64,000 nucleotides of DNA from Candidatus Korarchaeum sp. Lineage in GTDB: Archaea; Korarchaeota; Korarchaeia; Korarchaeales; Korarchaeaceae. Under the pieces are notes generated by a model. It saw only the letters and a list, made by a program, of their open reading frames with translations. It ran no database searches and was not told the DNA's origin. Below are positions 63,320 to 64,000 of the stretch, one piece after another. The DNA lies in assembly GCA_038888615.1 (NCBI GenBank), contig JAWAID010000002.1:211594-275593 (forward strand), in the 5' to 3' direction. The translations under genes were made by a program, and so were the position numbers. Every line of letters starts with the position of its first letter. The first letter of the stretch is position 1.

Positions 63320-64000
63320 ATGAGCTATGAGGGGATTCACTTCGTTGAGATAGACCCCGAGGAGTTCGTTGAGGAGTGCAAGGGCATAATAGATAAGTTA
63401 GAGGAGAGAGGCGTAATAGCGAGGATACTCGGCGCGATGGCTGTCTACATACACACGGAAGGTGATCAGAGAGCTAGAGAGATACACAGGACGAGGTTCG
63501 GTGCCGACGTACCTATGTTCACTGACTTGGACTTGATGGCATACAGGAAGCAAGCGAAAAAGCTCAAGGAGGTCTTCGAGAGGGAGCTCGGGTTCCTCCC
63601 GGATAGGATGGTCAACCTACTCTTCAGTGATAGGAGACTAATATATTATCACCCGGAGGGCAAGTTCCACGTCGATATCTTCTTCAACAAGCTGGAGTTC
63701 TGTCATGATGTATTCTTTGGGGAGGAGCCGGGAAAGGGGAGACTGGAACTCTCGAAGTACGTGATAACGGCGACTGACGTAGTGCTGGAGAAGCTCCAGA
63801 TACACGAGATAAATCCTAAGGACCTGGTCGATCTGATAGTCCTCCTCCTAACTCACGAACTAACCGGGGAGGAGGGACCCAAGAGGATAAATGCGAAGTA
63901 CATAGCTGAGGTGCTGGCTGATGACTGGGGATTTTGGTACGATGCCGTTGAGAACTTAAGGAAAGTGAAGCTTTACGCTGAGCAGATGGTGAGGGAGGGC
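63320..64000 (+). CDS. Hypothetical protein, possible nucleotidyltransferase fold, truncated by window end
   Basis: The ATG lies 2 nt after the upstream stop, and 227 open codons run to the window edge (checked by eye). ...ILGAMAVYIH...FTDLDLMAY... resembles an NTase G-x...DxD core. Confidence 0.55.
   Translation, partial: MSYEGIHFVEIDPEEFVEECKGIIDKLEERGVIARILGAMAVYIHTEGDQRAREIHRTRFGADVPMFTDLDLMAYRKQAKKLKEVFERELGFLPDRMVNLLFSDRRLIYYHPEGKFHVDIFFNKLEFCHDVFFGEEPGKGRLELSKYVITATDVVLEKLQIHEINPKDLVDLIVLLLTHELTGEEGPKRINAKYIAEVLADDWGFWYDAVENLRKVKLYAEQMVREG

Noticed and set aside
1-64000. CRISPR arrays, tRNA/rRNA genes, transposases/integrases.
   Set aside because: No regularly spaced direct repeats were seen. 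No tRNA-like acceptor or T-arm (GGTTCRAATCC) patterns were found in any spacer. No transposase- or integrase-like translations appear among the ORFs. A computational scan (tRNAscan-SE, Infernal, CRISPR finders) would be needed for certainty.

Overview
The window is compact, gene-dense archaeal chromosome with about 66 protein-coding genes on both strands. I found no rRNA, tRNA or CRISPR array. The archaeal assignment rests on an archaeal-type TrpRS, a PriS-like AEP primase, an Nre repair protein, a 4-subunit sulfhydrogenase, a stomatin/NfeD pair, HEPN-MNT modules, A/T-box promoters about 30 nt upstream of start codons, and GGTGAT-type Shine-Dalgarno (SD) sequences inside operons. Codon usage is rich in AGG/AGA Arg and ATA Ile, as in thermophilic TACK/Korarchaeota-like genomes, but the organism cannot be named without a database search.

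Content in order:
- NitT/TauT-type ABC transporter.
- ECF transporter.
- Two mirrored HEPN-MNT pairs.
- Creatininase-family protein.
- KaiC-like ATPase plus a small AEP primase-like protein.
- PKD surface protein.
- Polar amino-acid ABC transporter with a divergent AbrB-ACT regulator.
- Glycerol / glycerol-3-phosphate (G3P) oxidation cluster.
- TrpRS and CstA.
- A visibly A/T-richer island holding two paralogous small ORFs and two tandem ArsA/Get3-like ATPases.
- A decayed HAD hydrolase.
- NUDIX hydrolase.
- A secreted Cys-rich protein with a near-identical internal DNA repeat.
- MoaD-like, YbaK-like and acetoacetate decarboxylase (ADC)-like genes.
- BMP-type ABC transporter.
- Zn-dependent alcohol dehydrogenase.
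- Radical SAM protein and Nre.
- GNAT-thioredoxin fusion.
- MFS transporter, amidohydrolase, ProC, a PEPCK-like protein and an aminotransferase.
- hydBGDA sulfhydrogenase operon with its maturation protease.
- DUF89, an APC permease, stomatin/NfeD and a class III aminotransferase.
- An arrestin/Spo0M-like protein coupled to a membrane protein.
- A metallophosphoesterase plus an NTase-like ORF that runs off the window end.

The most interesting candidates:
- The 2+2 module of small paralogues plus an asymmetric ArsA/Get3 pair (25339-28064).
- The KaiC-like/AEP pair.
- The arrestin-fold/membrane pair.
- The mirrored HEPN-MNT pairs.
- Several unexplained structured or gene-free spacers.

All functional calls come from motifs read by eye in the supplied translations. 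No database search was run.
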